A program made the position numbers and the translations under genes. DNA of 63,740 bases, counting the filler, from Hyphochytrium catenoides (taxonomy: Eukaryota > Protista > Hyphochytriomycota), in NCBI GenBank assembly GCA_900088475.1. It is 5 parts of 5 records of this genome, joined end to end, with 100 filler letters (N's around TTAATTAATTAA, not from the genome) between each part and the next. Parts side by side here need not be neighbours in the genome. Positions count along the whole stretch, not along the records: positions 27,838 to 50,907 come from FLMG01002346.1; positions 51,008 to 55,889 come from FLMG01003920.1; 3 more parts are not named here. One strand, written 5' to 3'. The notes beneath the pieces were generated by a model. It did no database searches. It was not told the DNA's origin and saw only the letters and a program-made list of their open reading frames with translations. Positions 38,225 through 51,986 of this stretch are shown here, in pieces (the first letter of the stretch is position 1; every line of letters begins with the position of its first letter).

Positions 38225-40110
38225 ATGGAGGGAGGTAGAAGGACGTCCCGGCTTCGGCCATTACCTCCTTCCACCTCAGGTAGCAGTTCTAGCCCTCAAA
38301 TTCCCAGTGCGGTTGCGTCATTCCGAAGCTCTTTGGCCAGAAGTAGTAAGGCGTCTCCAGACAAGGGAGAAGACAGACCAGAGCTTACTGGCGAAGCTTG
38401 CCCAACCACGGTTCACAAGCCCGCTGGCGCTGCAAATAAAGCCTTTCTATTCGAGGTAGCCATTTGATCCCCTTCTCCGTTTTGAAGTAACCATCTCAAG
38501 ACCTATTGCAGACACCTTCAAGGAACAGAAGGACCAGTACCCCAGACTTAGATAATAATGCAAATGACAGCTCCATCTTTCGCTTTGCCTCGAGGAAGGA
38601 AGAGAATGATTGCGAATCGATGAGAGAAGGGAAATCCCAACAAATAGAACCCAAGATAACGAACGGATCTCAGGCTTGGTCCAACAGGATTGTTAAGCCT
38701 TCTGAAGAGATATATGGCAAAGGTCATGCTGCGCCCGATGAGGTCTTACAAGTAAGTCGATGCCTCCGCTCTTCATACATCACTACTGGCCCTGAGCTGA
38801 TTGGCTTTGCCTTTGAAGAATTCACTAAGGCAGAACGCGGCGCTGAGGGCAGCCTGGGGGAATTATGACTCGATGTTTGATAAGCTCCTTGTTTCAGCTG
38901 AAAATGGCAACGTTAGGGCCGTTGCGGCACTTTTAGAGCTTGGCATTGCAGCTGACAAGCCTCGCGGACGGGTGAGTCAGAATAATGGTGTCATCCTCAT
39001 CTTCAACCTGCGGAAGATTGGGTTTAACTAATGGTGGACCGTCAGCATTCGTTTACAGCCTTACACTATGCCTGTACCCGTGGACATTTGCAAGTAGCAA
39101 GAGAGCTTCTAGCCAGAGGAGCTGACCCCAACGCTCTTACCAAGGTAACCAGTACTGACCCTTTGAGAGTCTTTCGCTTCATAGGAAGCCTGACACACCT
39201 GCCTTTCTACTGTCAATAGGACCGGGAAACCGGCTTGCATCTTGCCGCATATCATGGCTTCTTAAGCATAGTAGAGCTCCTCTTAGATTATGGAGCGGAC
39301 GTAAATGCTACGAATGAGGTCTGAGAACATAAACTAAGCCTCGTCGAAGAATTTACCCTTACTAGGTTTGCTCTTGTGCTTGTACAGTATGGAGAGACAG
39401 CGCTCTTTAATGCTGCCCGACAAGACCAAGTGGCGGTTATTCGGCTCCTCATCCAGCGGGGCATTGATGTGAACATAGAGAACAAAATTGGGGATTTGGC
39501 AATAGACGAAGCCGACCGCCAGAGGGCCAAACAAGCCTTTCAAGCAGGTAGCGTAGAATCCGCTAGAAACCTTCTTCCCTTATCCTACAAATAACTAAGC
39601 CAATGCTGCAGAGTTCTTAGGCGCAACAGGCGTGCTACGCCTAAAGCAGGGCCTTCTCCACAGAGTATTCAGCTACTTAGATGCAAGGTAACAGAAGACT
39701 TGTTTCTGTGCTCTGGGTACACAACGTACCCTTCCTCTATACTATGAACCTAACTTCAACTCAGGACTCTATCCCGGGCAGCTACAATATGCGGGCCCTG
39801 GCATCGTTGCGCTGAAAGCAGGTAGGGAGAATATTTTGGCTTAGCTATTGTTGAGACTGATAGCGGCCTCTCACGTAGTGACCTTTGGGAAGCACTCGGT
39901 GTCAGGCGTTGGGAGCTTTCTCTCAAAGCAATGGTTGGGTTCGGTTCTTCGCCACTGGCGACAATGAACTTTCTCGGTAAAGGACGAAAGAAACGACCGA
40001 CCACGACGGGGACCGCTCTAAGTCGCATGGGAGTAACCCGGATGGAGCTAGAGGGCCAGCAGCAGAATGAACAAGTTGAAAGCACCAGACCTGCTACTGC
40101 TCGCCGCTAA
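38225..40110 (+). CDS. Ankyrin-repeat protein with C-terminal F-box-like motif; multi-exon
   Basis: Ankyrin repeats TALHYACTRGH, TGLHLAAYHG, TALFNAARQD. Spliced C-terminal VLRLKQGLLHRVFSYLDARTLSRAATICGPWHRCAESSDLW; TAA 40108-40110. Confidence 0.8.
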
Positions 40111-40639
40111 TATCATGCTCCAGTCAAAGCCGAATATCGTTAGTTGTACTCATCCCATCTGGCACTTCAGCCATAGCTTCTGAGTCTGTGAGGACCGGAG
40201 TCTTGTTGGTCAGAGGATGCCATTCGCACGTCAAAGGACTGGGCTATCGCCTCCACAGCAGCTACCGCCTTCACCTATCACGCCAGTATTGGCTTCAAGC
40301 GCTGAGCCATGGAACGTTAAACTGCGTTACATATGAACGCTTTAACCTTTCCGGGATTCTTACCACTGTTTCCTTAGCTAGTACTAATGAACCAATTTTT
40401 CGACCTCCTGAGTCCCGTCAGTCTGAGCTCTTGCGGAAAGTGGAGGTCGTTATAGTCAGGAAAGGGTGGGCTGCGAAGGTGCTCCCCTTCATGGACATAT
40501 GCAGTGGCGCCATTTCTTCTTCAGCACCTGTATCCTGCTCTTTTCCTCCTCCTTCTGCAACAGGACTCATTACCTCCTCTTCCCTGTTGTTAGCCATGAT
40601 CCCAGCTTCTCCAATGATGCCTGCCCAAGTCAAGAGAGC

Positions 40640-42000
40640 TTATGAGCCTCCTCGACGTCGCCAGCCCTTGATGATCGTCCACGCCCAGTCCTGCGACGGC
40701 GGCAGCTCTGCGTCATTATCGTCGCGTGCTTCAAGGTCATGTCCAAGCTCCACAATAGCCTCCTCAAAGGGCTCCGAACGTTCGTCCTCAGCTGCACCAT
40801 GAGCCGCCATGGCTGCACGCTGGTCTCTTGTTCGCTCCACTAGACTACGGTCCGCTTTATAATAAGGTGTTCTTCTCTTTTTTATCTGACTTAATCGTCG
40901 TATCTTAGAAGAGATAGAAGTAGCTTCCTTATAATTCTTTTCCCTGACGGCACTAGTAGTAATCTTCTTCTGCTGAGAGACAGCCGCAGGAAACCCACGT
41001 TCGTCCTTGTAAGTCAGGATGCAAAGCTTGAAGGCGCATTTAACTCGCAAGTATAAATCTAGCTGAATGCATCCACCTCCATTCATCCAAGCCCTCGGTA
41101 GAGGAAGCCATTTGGTGGTAGAACGGCTCAGAGCTTTGATAATGGCAGAGTTGGGTAAGGACATCCGTCACCAATAAGTTGATCTGATCGACGAAGCAGA
41201 ATAGGAACATAACTCTCAGCCAGCGCTTTGCAGAAGTCGCCGTGCTCGTGCCCATTGATAACCATCAGCATCGGTAAGAACCGCCCAATAGCCCAACCGT
41301 TAGACCGGAGCTGCATATGATGCCTTCCAACGACTGGGCAATAGCTAGGCCGTCTTTTCGAATGCCGCACTCTACAGAACCATAAGTCCACTGTAGACGA
41401 CATATTAGCGAAACACGGGGAATGTGGTGTCTGGCGTTGTTTTCCCAGGACCACAGACTAGACTAACACGGCCGTCACGATGCTTTTGAGCCAAGAGATC
41501 GGCCTTGTTGCCAGCATTATGGCACTCAGCTCTGCGATCAAGTATGACGGTCCTCAGGGCCTTACTGGTTGGAATGGCTTCGGTATCTGGGGAGGGTGCG
41601 CCGACGCTTTTTCCGCTCTTCTTTCTGTTGAGATATCCTGGCAGTCGATGCTGACGATACCGGAGAGGATTCACGCGGCGATGACGACCGAGGGTACCAA
41701 TGAGCCCCGTCTGAGCTAACGTAGGGAGCACAGCCGCGGCACCATCATGGTACTTAGTGGCGTCCGGTTTCGCTTAGCTGGAGCAAAGGGGCCTCTCTTC
41801 AGATGACTATCCATAGCATCCTTTCGACCTGCAACAAGCGTGCTGTTGTGGGACATTGTCCGGATCTGCTTTCATGAGCTCGAGCGCAGTGCTTGCAGAC
41901 TGCCAATGGGACAGTCTTGTTCTTCATTTGGTTGGTTCTAATAAATCGTTCCCATATAGGGTCACATGGACGCCCCCAATCTTCCTTTTCTTCGGCGTAA
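40640..42000 (-). mobile_element. Decayed hAT-superfamily DNA transposase (frameshifted pseudogene); ends not defined
   Basis: Across frameshifts: BED finger GRPCDPIWERF..AVCKHC..GRKDAMDSHLKR (41975-41794); GRVSLVC..WENNARHHI (first catalytic-D region); LTDADG.QWARARRLL/AKRWLRVMFLFCFVDQINLLVTDVL (second D plus degenerate CxxH); STTKWL..LRVKCAF..FP. Confidence 0.7.
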
Positions 42001-42926
42001 GAATCACCTCCTGTTGGCTTCTTCCTAATGTACTGTTGCTCTGGCCTTAATTGTTAATGTTATTCCTCCTGCTGCCGCTGTTGCTTTTCTCCTTCGGGGT
42101 CGTTGGTTTTCTTCTTCTTCTGCATGTGTCCGCTACTCCTCGTTCTCTATCCTTCTTCCTTCCTTGATCACCAGTACTTCATCACCAGCACTCCTCTCCT
42201 CATCACTATCAGAGTACCCCTCCTGCCCAATCTCATCACCATCATCCCCTTCCTTCTCCTGAGCCTCCTTCATTTGGTTTTCCTTGCTGCTTTCAATCAT
42301 ACACCGTAGTGCCCCTTCAATGCTGATACTCACCTGGGGACGGAGATTTCAGGTCTGTACATTAGACCCCAGACAGAGCAAAGTTGAGCTTCTGATGACG
42401 CTTGGGCAAGCGGCGATCTGCCCGTTGTACGTCCGTACGTGTACGAGTTGTTCGAGGAGCAGTTGACTGTCGCCATATATTACATCAAGCGTGGGACCAG
42501 ATATCCTCCTGGACCTACGATCTTGGAACTTGAAGAATCATTGTTAGAGGGAAGAAGGAGGTTTATTGAGATTCATGGAGATCTATCTCCTAGCTTATTG
42601 AGTAGACGTCCACCCGCCCTACCGCACTGCCATTCGCGCCATTGCTTCACTTGCGCAGCTGCTGCGTAGGCTTCTAGACAAAGAGCCTTTACCGGATCAC
42701 ATAGCTGGCCTTGGCACAGCTTGTCTCGAACGTGGGGAGGTTATCATTGGTGCCTCCGGATAGCCACATCCCCACTGTCATTTCTAGCCTTACAGCGGCT
42801 AGGATTCTGATGCCAAGGAGATGAGCATTATCTTGCATATACTAGAGGTCCGACGGCTGCATATTACTATAGTGCGACCTCGTCAATCAGGAGAAGACTA
42901 GTACAAGGCCTAAGCTTATCATAGTA

Positions 42927-45900
42927 ATGGCGTGCTCAACTTACGGTCAGCAACTAAGAGCCCTTCATTGGAAGAACCGCGTGCTGGCGGCTCGTCAACA
43001 AAAGCAATCCTTTTGCCTTGTCTTTACCCCGGTGGCGATCATGCTGATGATGATGCTAATGCAGCTGTTGGGCTCCACTCTTATGGGCTTCACTGTCCCT
43101 CATCCTCCTAAGTACTCAGTAGGAGCCGTCCCTCATTGCACAGATAACAATGGAGGTAGCAACTGCACAACTTTTCTTTATTCCCCTCAAGCTGTTCCCT
43201 GGGTGGAGGAGGTGATGGGCGAGTTAGGAAAGAGACAGATGTTGACAGGCGAAGGAGATCTGCGTCCTCTGCCTGATCCTTCGAGCAGGAACTTCACTGA
43301 TTGGTGCTACGATCTGCACACCCCTGCGCAATCTCCTTGTGAGGATAGGGGTTGTCTGCCCTGCCGCCTGTTAGAGGATAGGGAGAAGCTTCTTCGTCAT
43401 GTCAGACATCAACGTAATACCACCCAGGGTGTAGTGCTATTTCATAGCGCGTACTTTCCCTACCCGAGGCAACAGGTACGGAGGCTCGAGTCTTTGAAGG
43501 CCGCGGAGTGATTCAGAACTAAAGGAAGGGGAAAGATTGAGAAGGAGGAGTTCGACTGAGCCGATAAGACAGATTCCGTAGTAACTGACTTGTTGGGCTA
43601 GAGAGTTAGGAAGGTACATATACCTAGCAAAGATGAGAAGGTTGGATGGCAAAAGTTTGGCCGGGCTCACGGCTTCGTATTATTAGCAGTCCTTGTCATT
43701 AAACCTCTCTCTTGGCTCCAGGGCAGGAAGGTGCCGCGCTTCACCGGTTACGAACTTTTCTACAACTCCTCAAGGACAATTGGGGTGCATATTGAACATT
43801 CGTTCACCTTGCAAATGAAGCTTGCGGTGGATGAAGCGCTGCTGGCAACAAGATTGAATCAAAAGAGAAGAGGGAGGGCAGACAAGAATAAAATTGCAAA
43901 GACAGAAGGAGAGGCAAACTTAGTGTGGGGAGAGTTTACGCTTGACAGATCAGTCCCAACCAAGCTCCTGAATCTCTCCTGGTCAAACTTCCCGCAAGCT
44001 CCTCCGAGGATTTCAGGTGATGCTGTTCGTCTACATCATAACCCTTTGAACCTCTCCCCGTGGACTGCAACTTGGCATAGACTCAACATACTATTCTGTG
44101 CCGCCAGGAATTGATGTCTTTGGCGAGTATGGCGGTCTCTTCTTCTACCTAGCGCCGATGGTTATTTTTTTCGTTCTTCTCAACGATATGGTCCGTGAGA
44201 AGGAACAGCAGCTCAGGCTGGTTATGAGGATGTAAGGCTAGAAGTTCCTTACTAATCGACTGCCTGCAAACTGTCCCTGGTCTGTCCTCCTTGTCCCATC
44301 GATGAACAACTTTCAGAGCTACTGTCTCTCTCTCATGAGTGCCATAATACCATCGGTTCTTTGACTCTCTTAACCTGGACTTGGGATTTGTCTGTGATTG
44401 TCCTGGCCTTTACGGCTGCCAGCCTTACCTTGGCACAGTCTTCTGATCACGACATCTCTTCTGACCATTTGACTTATATGCAGCATGGGTGTCTCGAATG
44501 CTACCTACCAAATATCATGGATTTTCTGGGGCTCGGTCATCAGCGCCGCTTCTACTTTCCTTCTTCTTCTGTTTGGAAACATCCTTCGGCTTGACTTTTT
44601 TGTCAAGTCCAACCTGGTTGCTGTGATTCTCCTCTTCTTCCTTTCCTCGATTGCTATGGTAGCGCTGGCAATACTGTGCTCAGTCTTGATCAACTCTACA
44701 AGGCAAGCCCAAGCGTTTGGCTACGGAGTTATCCTTGGAGGTTGCCTTGCTGCTCTTTTATTTTTCTTTTATTCTCAACTACCAGTTGTCTGTTCACGTA
44801 CCCCGTACTGCTTCTCTTTGTTCTATTCTGATGTGGACTTACCCTAAGTGACCTCTGACCCAGTTTGAATGCCTCCATCATATAAAATCTATCCGGAGAA
44901 AGCAAACTAAACTTCTACTTCTCAACTTGAAATGCAGGCTTTGTATTCCAAACTCTTCTCTCCTCCGGCTATGGCGTCTTAATAAGTCTCATTCTGAGTG
45001 TGGATAGCGCGTCTCCTCTGTGGATAAGGCTCGTGAAGGGGTTGCTCACGTTATACCCGCCGTTTCATTTCAGCAAGGGGTTAGTATGTGCTAATGATTC
45101 TTCCTCCTAACCCCTATTGTGAGCCCAGTTTCACCCCTGTCCATGTCTGAACTTCCTCTCTCGCTAGCCAGTACGGTTGCTGCATTCAGTAAATTGCTCT
45201 CTCGTTCCGAACGCCTTAACGCTCCCTGTTCGCGCTTCTATGCTGTCGTAGCACTTCACGTCTCAGCGCCCCTTATCTAGGTACTTCGACATTGCCAAAC
45301 GGAGCTGCCGCGTCTATGACTACGAAATGGGCGTGGTGGTACAGAGGGGCGGCTACCACTGGGAAAATCTGTTTGAGAGTACACAGGAAAGCCTCTTTGA
45401 CATTGTCTCTCTACGATCACCTCCGACCATAGAGACATTCGGGTTTCTTATCCTCAACATGGTCATCTTCCTCGCAATTGCTTGGCTCGTGGAAAGCTGG
45501 CGAGTGGGATTTCAGGAATTGAAGCAACAGGGAAGGCAAAGACAAGAAGAGGGGTTACAAGGGGAGACATACGAAGGCCTGAGAGTAGAGGGACTTTCCA
45601 AGATATATGGAGAGGAGTTATCTCTTGCAAATATCTTCTGTGGCATGGGAAGATGGTTAAGGAGAGGTTTGTCCTCCTCAAGGTCAAGCAATGCTGCATA
45701 TAAGGGTCGTCCTAAAGCTGTGGACTGCCTCTCGCTTACTCTTTTTCAAGGAGAGATATTCTGCTTGTTGGGACACAATGGCGCCGGAAAGGTGAGGGCT
45801 GTGCTCTGTTGCTTTGCGGAATACCTATTACACGTTTTGGGCAGCTAAACTTCTGCGGCTCGCTGCTTTCCATATTGTAGACCACGACTGTAAGCTTGAT

Positions 45901-48900
45901 TGCGGGGCTTCTCAAACCAACCGAAGGACAAGTGTTCGTTGCTGGAACAGATGTGACAGACAGACCCCCAGCTGGAAGAAGCTTAGGTACGGCAACATCA
46001 TACAAAGGGAAGAGTTTCGGTCTTGTGTAGGTCTTGGTAGGTTCGCAAGTAGAGCTATCTGAGGCAATAATGGCCTCACTGCCACGCGCTCTTCGCAACA
46101 GCAAGGAAGCCGTATTATCAATCGGTTGCATGGTACTGTTGAAAAGCCTATCAACTAACGGGTGTCTCTCCTTCCAGGGCTCTGTCCGCAGCAGGACACT
46201 TTATGGGAGGACCTCACTGTTCGGGAGCACATGGAGTTGTGTGCTCAGCTGAAACGTAAGTTTGCTGAGTTGTGCCTCATTGACGCACCAAGAAAGCCTA
46301 TGCTCAAGATCTTGTGCTCTTTCTCCTCTATGTCCTTCTGCTTGCAGTTATCTCCCTAGAGCACAGAGAGGATAGAATAAGTGCTGCACTGGAGGAGCTT
46401 GATCTGCTCGCCATACAAACAAAGACCGCAAGGTCCTTAAGCGGAGGGTAAGTGACCGTCCTTCCTGCTTCCTTTAGAGCCACTCTATCTCAGAGCGACA
46501 TAGTCTAACCCTCCTTTTTATTTCTGAACCGTTCTGTTACTGTCTCCTTTAAACCCACACTAGAATGCGAAGGCGGCTGACCGTAGCCATGGCTGTGATA
46601 GGAAACCCCAAAGTTCTCCTGTTGGATGAGCCTACGACTGGTAAGTGCTCACGAAGCTCCTGAGTCGTGCCTTTGTCTTGCCATGTTACTCTACCCCTAT
46701 GATCCATTGCTGAATCCAAGTCTTCTCACATTCAACCTGCCGCTTCGTCTTGGGCCTGCCTATCGGCTTACATAAGGTATGGATCCCGTCAACAGGAAGA
46801 GAGCATGGAAGATGATGCAAAGCCTCAGGAGAAACAGGACGATAATTTTGACGACTCATCTGATGGCTGAGGTAACAATACCATAGACGTCGAGAAGGTT
46901 GTCAATTTTGGCGCCGACACGGGACACAGCCATTGTCTTATGCGATGCAACCCTATCCTCAAACCTTCTCAAAGTACTTGATGTCTGGTCACAATGCTGG
47001 CCCTTCTTATCCTTCATCAGGGAGTTGCAAGGGGGTTTCTCGATAGCTCTGTAGCAGCTTTAGTTACTCGCACGCTCCCGTTCGACCTCTAGGCAGATTT
47101 CCTAGGTGACCGAATTGGAATCATGGCCGAAGGGAGACTTGTCTGTGTAGGAGATCCTCTGGCCCTAAAGTCCCAGTTTGGCCAAGGTGTTCACATCAAA
47201 ATTGAGAGCGTTGAGAAAGCGCGAAAGGACCATCTGGAGCCAGTGGCTCGGGGCGCTCTTGAAAACGCAGTTCCTGCACTCGCCGCCAGTGCTTCTCTAC
47301 AATTGGAGACGACAAGAGCAGAGATAATCGTGCCACGCGGATCTGAAGGTAAATATCACAAATTCACACGCCTTTTGTTTTGCCCGCCAACGGATATGGG
47401 GGGCTGTATGTTTAAGAGGGGAAAGGTAGAGAGGAGTGCTCTTGGAGGGAGATTGAATGGTCTGACACCTTGAGAATGACTGTCACTTGCAGATGAGTTA
47501 ATAAAGATTCTTCAATGGCTGGAGCAAGAAGGCGACCGTTTGCGCTTGCAGTGGTCCGTTGGGCAGACGGACTTGGAAAAAGTCTTCATGAAGGTAAGGA
47601 TCCTATATTGAACTTAAAGTGGTCTCACCTAGCCTGTTGCTGCAAACGACTAGAAGGAGGAGGGACAAATAATCAATAATTGACGATGGAAGAGTCAAGG
47701 GAGAGTGTGAGAGAGATGAAGATTTCTAGACTTCGATCGCACAATCTTTTAACATACATAGTATATTTGCATAGGTCACCGGTCCAAGCATTCTGGAAGA
47801 AGAAGCCCAATCTGAAGACCTGCGAGAACAGCCTCTCAAACGAGACGTGGACGACGGCGGAGGATCAAGGAGTTACGAAGATGTCATCTACAAGAGAGAT
47901 GCCAGAAGAATATCCATTACGCAGCAGATGAGAGCCTTGGCCATGAAGAACTTCGCCCTACAGCGCGAGCAGAAGTATCAGCATTGCGTGCACTTTCTCT
48001 CTCCCATTGCAGCAATTGGGCTTCTCATCTTCCTGCAAGCACTTCTGCGCTTTCTCTTTGGCTCTGGAGTGCCGCTTCCTCTCCCTGCTACTCAGTACGT
48101 TCTGAATGAAAACCTCCTTGGCCAATCTTTCCCCAAGAACTCGTCATGTCTGGAGTTTTTCAAGTTCTCCTCCGACAGTGACGCCGCAGGTATCTCTCCT
48201 CTGCTAGGTCCTCACCCGGTACCGGACCCCCTTAGTTGTGCTGCTTGTTTAGGCCTAGCGCGTAATCTTTCCACATCACATGAGCTGCCTTGCCTTTGTC
48301 TTCGGCATTGTGGCTTTATTGGCTTCTTAACCTTGAAATCTCTATCCCAGGATCTCTGACGCCAAATGGATTGAAGAGTGGCTTCCTCGGTCAAATAAAG
48401 CAGAAGGATTGCATGCTTTATAACGAATCCTTCATCAGAGTTCCCTACTTTCAGCGGGACGATGACCTACTTAAGGTAACTTACCAAGGCATACTCACAA
48501 ACTTCCTTAGCTACTCTTTTCCTCAATTGCAACTTCGACCGTAGGATTCAAAAGCCTTGAGTCGTAGGCATTGACGCTTACTTTCTTTGGTCCTGCTTTC
48601 CTTATATGTGTAGATGGAGGACCAAGTGCTAGAGGACATTTTGACGATGAACGCGATCCCGTTGAAGAACCTTAGTGATGCACCTGATCCCGCCTACCGG
48701 CTGCCGGATGGCTTAGTCCATATTGGTAAGACCCGCGGAAGAAAACATACGAGATGAGCTGAGGCTCAAATTTCTAGCCTTACCCAGGTAAATGCATGCT
48801 CACTCTCCAATTTAAACCCAGGTGAACTGGATCTCGATACGCCACGGCTGCGCTATCACTTCGCAGTCAATGACAACAAGTATGCACAATATCACAGGCC

Positions 48901-50760
48901 CAACAACTTCAGCAGAAGAGATATGGGTCCCGTCGATAGGTTCAACAGTAGCAGGGGCCTTATGGTCTTGCAAGCACGTCTCTCGCTCATGGACTTATTG
49001 AACACGGCCTTTTCCTCGTTGTTGCTAGCTGGAGAGCAACAGCAACAGGAGGGACTTGAAAGGTATTCATGGTCAACATTCTCACTCTCGACTCTCCTCC
49101 CTTTTGCTAGCATTTGCTGATTATTCTGTAGCCCGATTATCAGGCGTGTTTTAAATCCTCTTTTTAGTTATGGAATAAGTCTGCCTGCGAAGTCTCTCTC
49201 TCTCACTTTGCTTCATTCCTGGTGCCTCGCTTATCAAGTGGATGCATAACCATACACTGTCCCCGTGCTCGATCCCTTCCGTCTCTCCATGCAAAAGGCC
49301 AAAAAGTGCCTTCGACCTAAACATCGTGACTACGATGCCGGATATAGAGCAACTTGTGCCGGAAGAGATCGTGGAGATCTTTGGAAGCTTTGTGTTCCCA
49401 CTCGTGCTGTCACTTCCGCTCCCTCTCTTCTGCTATTCGATGGTACTAGAGAAGCAGTTGAAGTTGACAGACTTCCAAAGGGTGATGGGTCTTCCAGTTA
49501 GGACGTACTTGCTCTTTCAGTACCTCTATTCTCTCATCTACTATTCCCTCTTCTCTTTCTGCTTTTTTCTATTCGGGAGATTTGCTGGGTTCCGCTTGTT
49601 CACCCAGACCTCTGGTGCTGTACTCCTCCTTTTCCTGCTGGGTTGGGGGAATTCTCTGGTCTCTCTGTCTTTCCTCATTAGCTCCTTTCTTTCGTTTTCG
49701 CGTGCTGCGACGTTCGTGGGTTATTCTTTCGTCCTCTTTGGGGTACTGGTGGCCTTGATGGTGTGCGACACTATTTACGGTTATGATAAAGGTAGGGCAA
49801 AGAAGCGCGGTAACTCCGTCGTTTACTCAGCTCTTTGTGCTGAGGCATGGACTTCACACATTTTATATGTCAAATGTGAGCGGCAGGTTCCGGTTTTGTT
49901 ATCTTTTTTCTCCGTAACACTTAGATGTGTCCTCTTCTTGCTAGTATCAGGTCTCCGTCTAGTCTCGTTCTGCCTCTTTCTTAGATTCGAAGCTATTTCA
50001 TATCCTTAAGCTGACATTTTGAAGTTAACGCCAGCTGTATACGTTATAACTGTTCATATAGGTGCGCTGACTGGGGGCCATGAGATGCCTGTCTGGATGC
50101 TTCTACTCCCGTTTTTCGCGCTTGCTCGAGGCATATACACTCTCAACAATTCATGCCTTGCACGCCAATGTGTAGCGGCTGTAGCGGATATCTGGAGCGA
50201 CACAGAGCTTCTTCGCACTCTAATATTTCTTTACGGAGCTGCGGCACTCCATCTCCTGCTGCTATATCTGAGAGAGACGTGGGCGTCTAAGCCAAACATC
50301 TTCAGAAGCGTGCGTGAGAGCCTGTTCAAACCGTCTAAAGATCATGACGGGCGCGATATCTTGGAAAGGAAGGAGCTTATTAGGGAACATCAGAAAGATC
50401 AGGAAGAGGAATTCGGCACCGCCTGCTCCTTCGAAGTCGAAGAGGAGAGGCAGCGTGCACTGTCGTTACCTGAAGATTGTCAATCCGCACTTCCTATGCT
50501 TGCGAAGGACCTGAGTAAAGTCTATGATGAGGGCACAGCATACTCCAAGGTAGGAAGGAACTCATGGCTGTCACCTGGCTGCAGATTTACATAGGAGGCA
50601 CAAGCACCCTCCTATCCGTGTTCTCGTTAGCCCGGATGTAGAAGATACTGATACTTATCTTGCACTCGTGTTGCAGTTGGCGGTCTCTAGCTTCTCGCTT
50701 TGTGTTAAATCCGAAGAGATCTTTGGTCTCCTGGGAGAAAACGGAGCTGGAAAAACAACA
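42927..50760 (+). CDS. Full-size ABCA-family transporter (TMD-NBD-TMD-NBD), 3' end lost at contig break; many exons
   Basis: QLRALHWKN start; EKEQQLR..MRM; NBD1 GHNGAGK|TT, CPQQDTLW, LSGGMRRRL, LLLDEPTTGMDP, LTTHLMAEAD. Second half QMRALAMKN, EKQLKL and NBD2 Walker A GENGAGKTT. Confidence 0.92.
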
Positions 50761-50907
50761 GGTTGACTTCTTACCTGGACGTCAATCAGCTGGATTTCTG
50801 CCTCGCTGATTAAATCACAATCCTGTTTGATTGTTCGCCTGCAATACCCATCCATTCGATTCGTTACCTCTCATGTCACAATCTGCCTTTTGAAAAGCAT
50901 TAGTCTT

Positions 50908-51007
50908 NNNNNNNNNNNNNNNNNNNNNNNNNNNNNNNNNNNNNNNNNNNNTTAATTAATTAANNNNNNNNNNNNNNNNNNNNNNNNNNNNNNNNNNNNN
51001 NNNNNNN
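50908..51007. other. Artificial contig spacer
   Basis: N-run with central TTAATTAATTAA. Confidence 0.95.
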
Positions 51008-51986
51008 CTCTCTCTCTCTCTCTCTCTTCCCCTCGTCTCGCATCCCTCTCCATCTCTCTCTCTCTCTCATGTCCTTTCGACTCAAGATCTTCCTCTCTCC
51101 AAAGATAAAGTGCATCCCACAAATGAAACGGACGAAACCTCTTGAAAGATACCGAAAAACTCCAGTAGCTTTCCTATGCCCTGCTAATTCGAAATGAAAT
51201 CTATTACCGCTAGCTAATCCCAATGGAGACAATGTTTCTTTCATTCCTTTCACCAATGAAAGTAACATTTTTCCTATATATATGTTGGAATCTTTCCTCC
51301 GTTGCAGTGCTAACTCCTTGCCACACTGCGGACAGTCGTCTCCAATGATAATGTTAGTACTGAGCCTGGGCCTACCGTCAGAAGGTGTGTCGGGCTGCGA
51401 GTATAGGAACGGATCGGGAGACTGCTCTCTGATGCGCCNNNNNNNNNNNNNNNNNNTCTCTCTCTCTCTCTCTCTCACTCTCTCTCCCTATCACTCCCTC
51501 TCACTCTCTCTCTCTCTTTCACTCACTATCGCTCGCTCGCTTGTTGGTTATCTCACTCTCACTCTCTCGCTCTCTGTCTCTGTCCCTCCCAGCTCGCCAC
51601 TCCCGCTCGCTCTCTTCGCACTCCGCCAGACGCTCCGTCTTCTCTCTCTCCACTGACCTCGCTCAGCTCTCGCCCTCTTCTTCCTTCGCCCGCAGCGCCG
51701 CGCGGCAGGCAATCTCTCTCCAAAGCAATAGCGCGAGACAAGGGATAACGACGGGTCTGCCTATCGTCTCATTCTTCGCCCGGTCTCATCCCACTCATTA
51801 GATCTACACTGCGGCCATTCTTAGCCGCTAGCCAACCTCGCAGTCAGCAAGCGCCAATAAGCAGAGAACAGCTCGTAGCCCGCACAAGGAAAGAGAGAGA
51901 GGCAGATAGAGACAGAGGTTATACCGCCGAGCCCGGCATTTCATAAGAGGTGCATCGGTCCTCTCGTTAAGCCGCCTCTCTTTATA

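Noticed and set aside
5492-50760. Apparent lipid-metabolism cluster (PLA1, P450, LCLAT1, thiolase, ABCA) and NEDD8/SCF pair (SENP8, F-box)
   Set aside because: Interspersed with unrelated genes, split by a contig join and acting in different compartments; no evidence of co-regulation.
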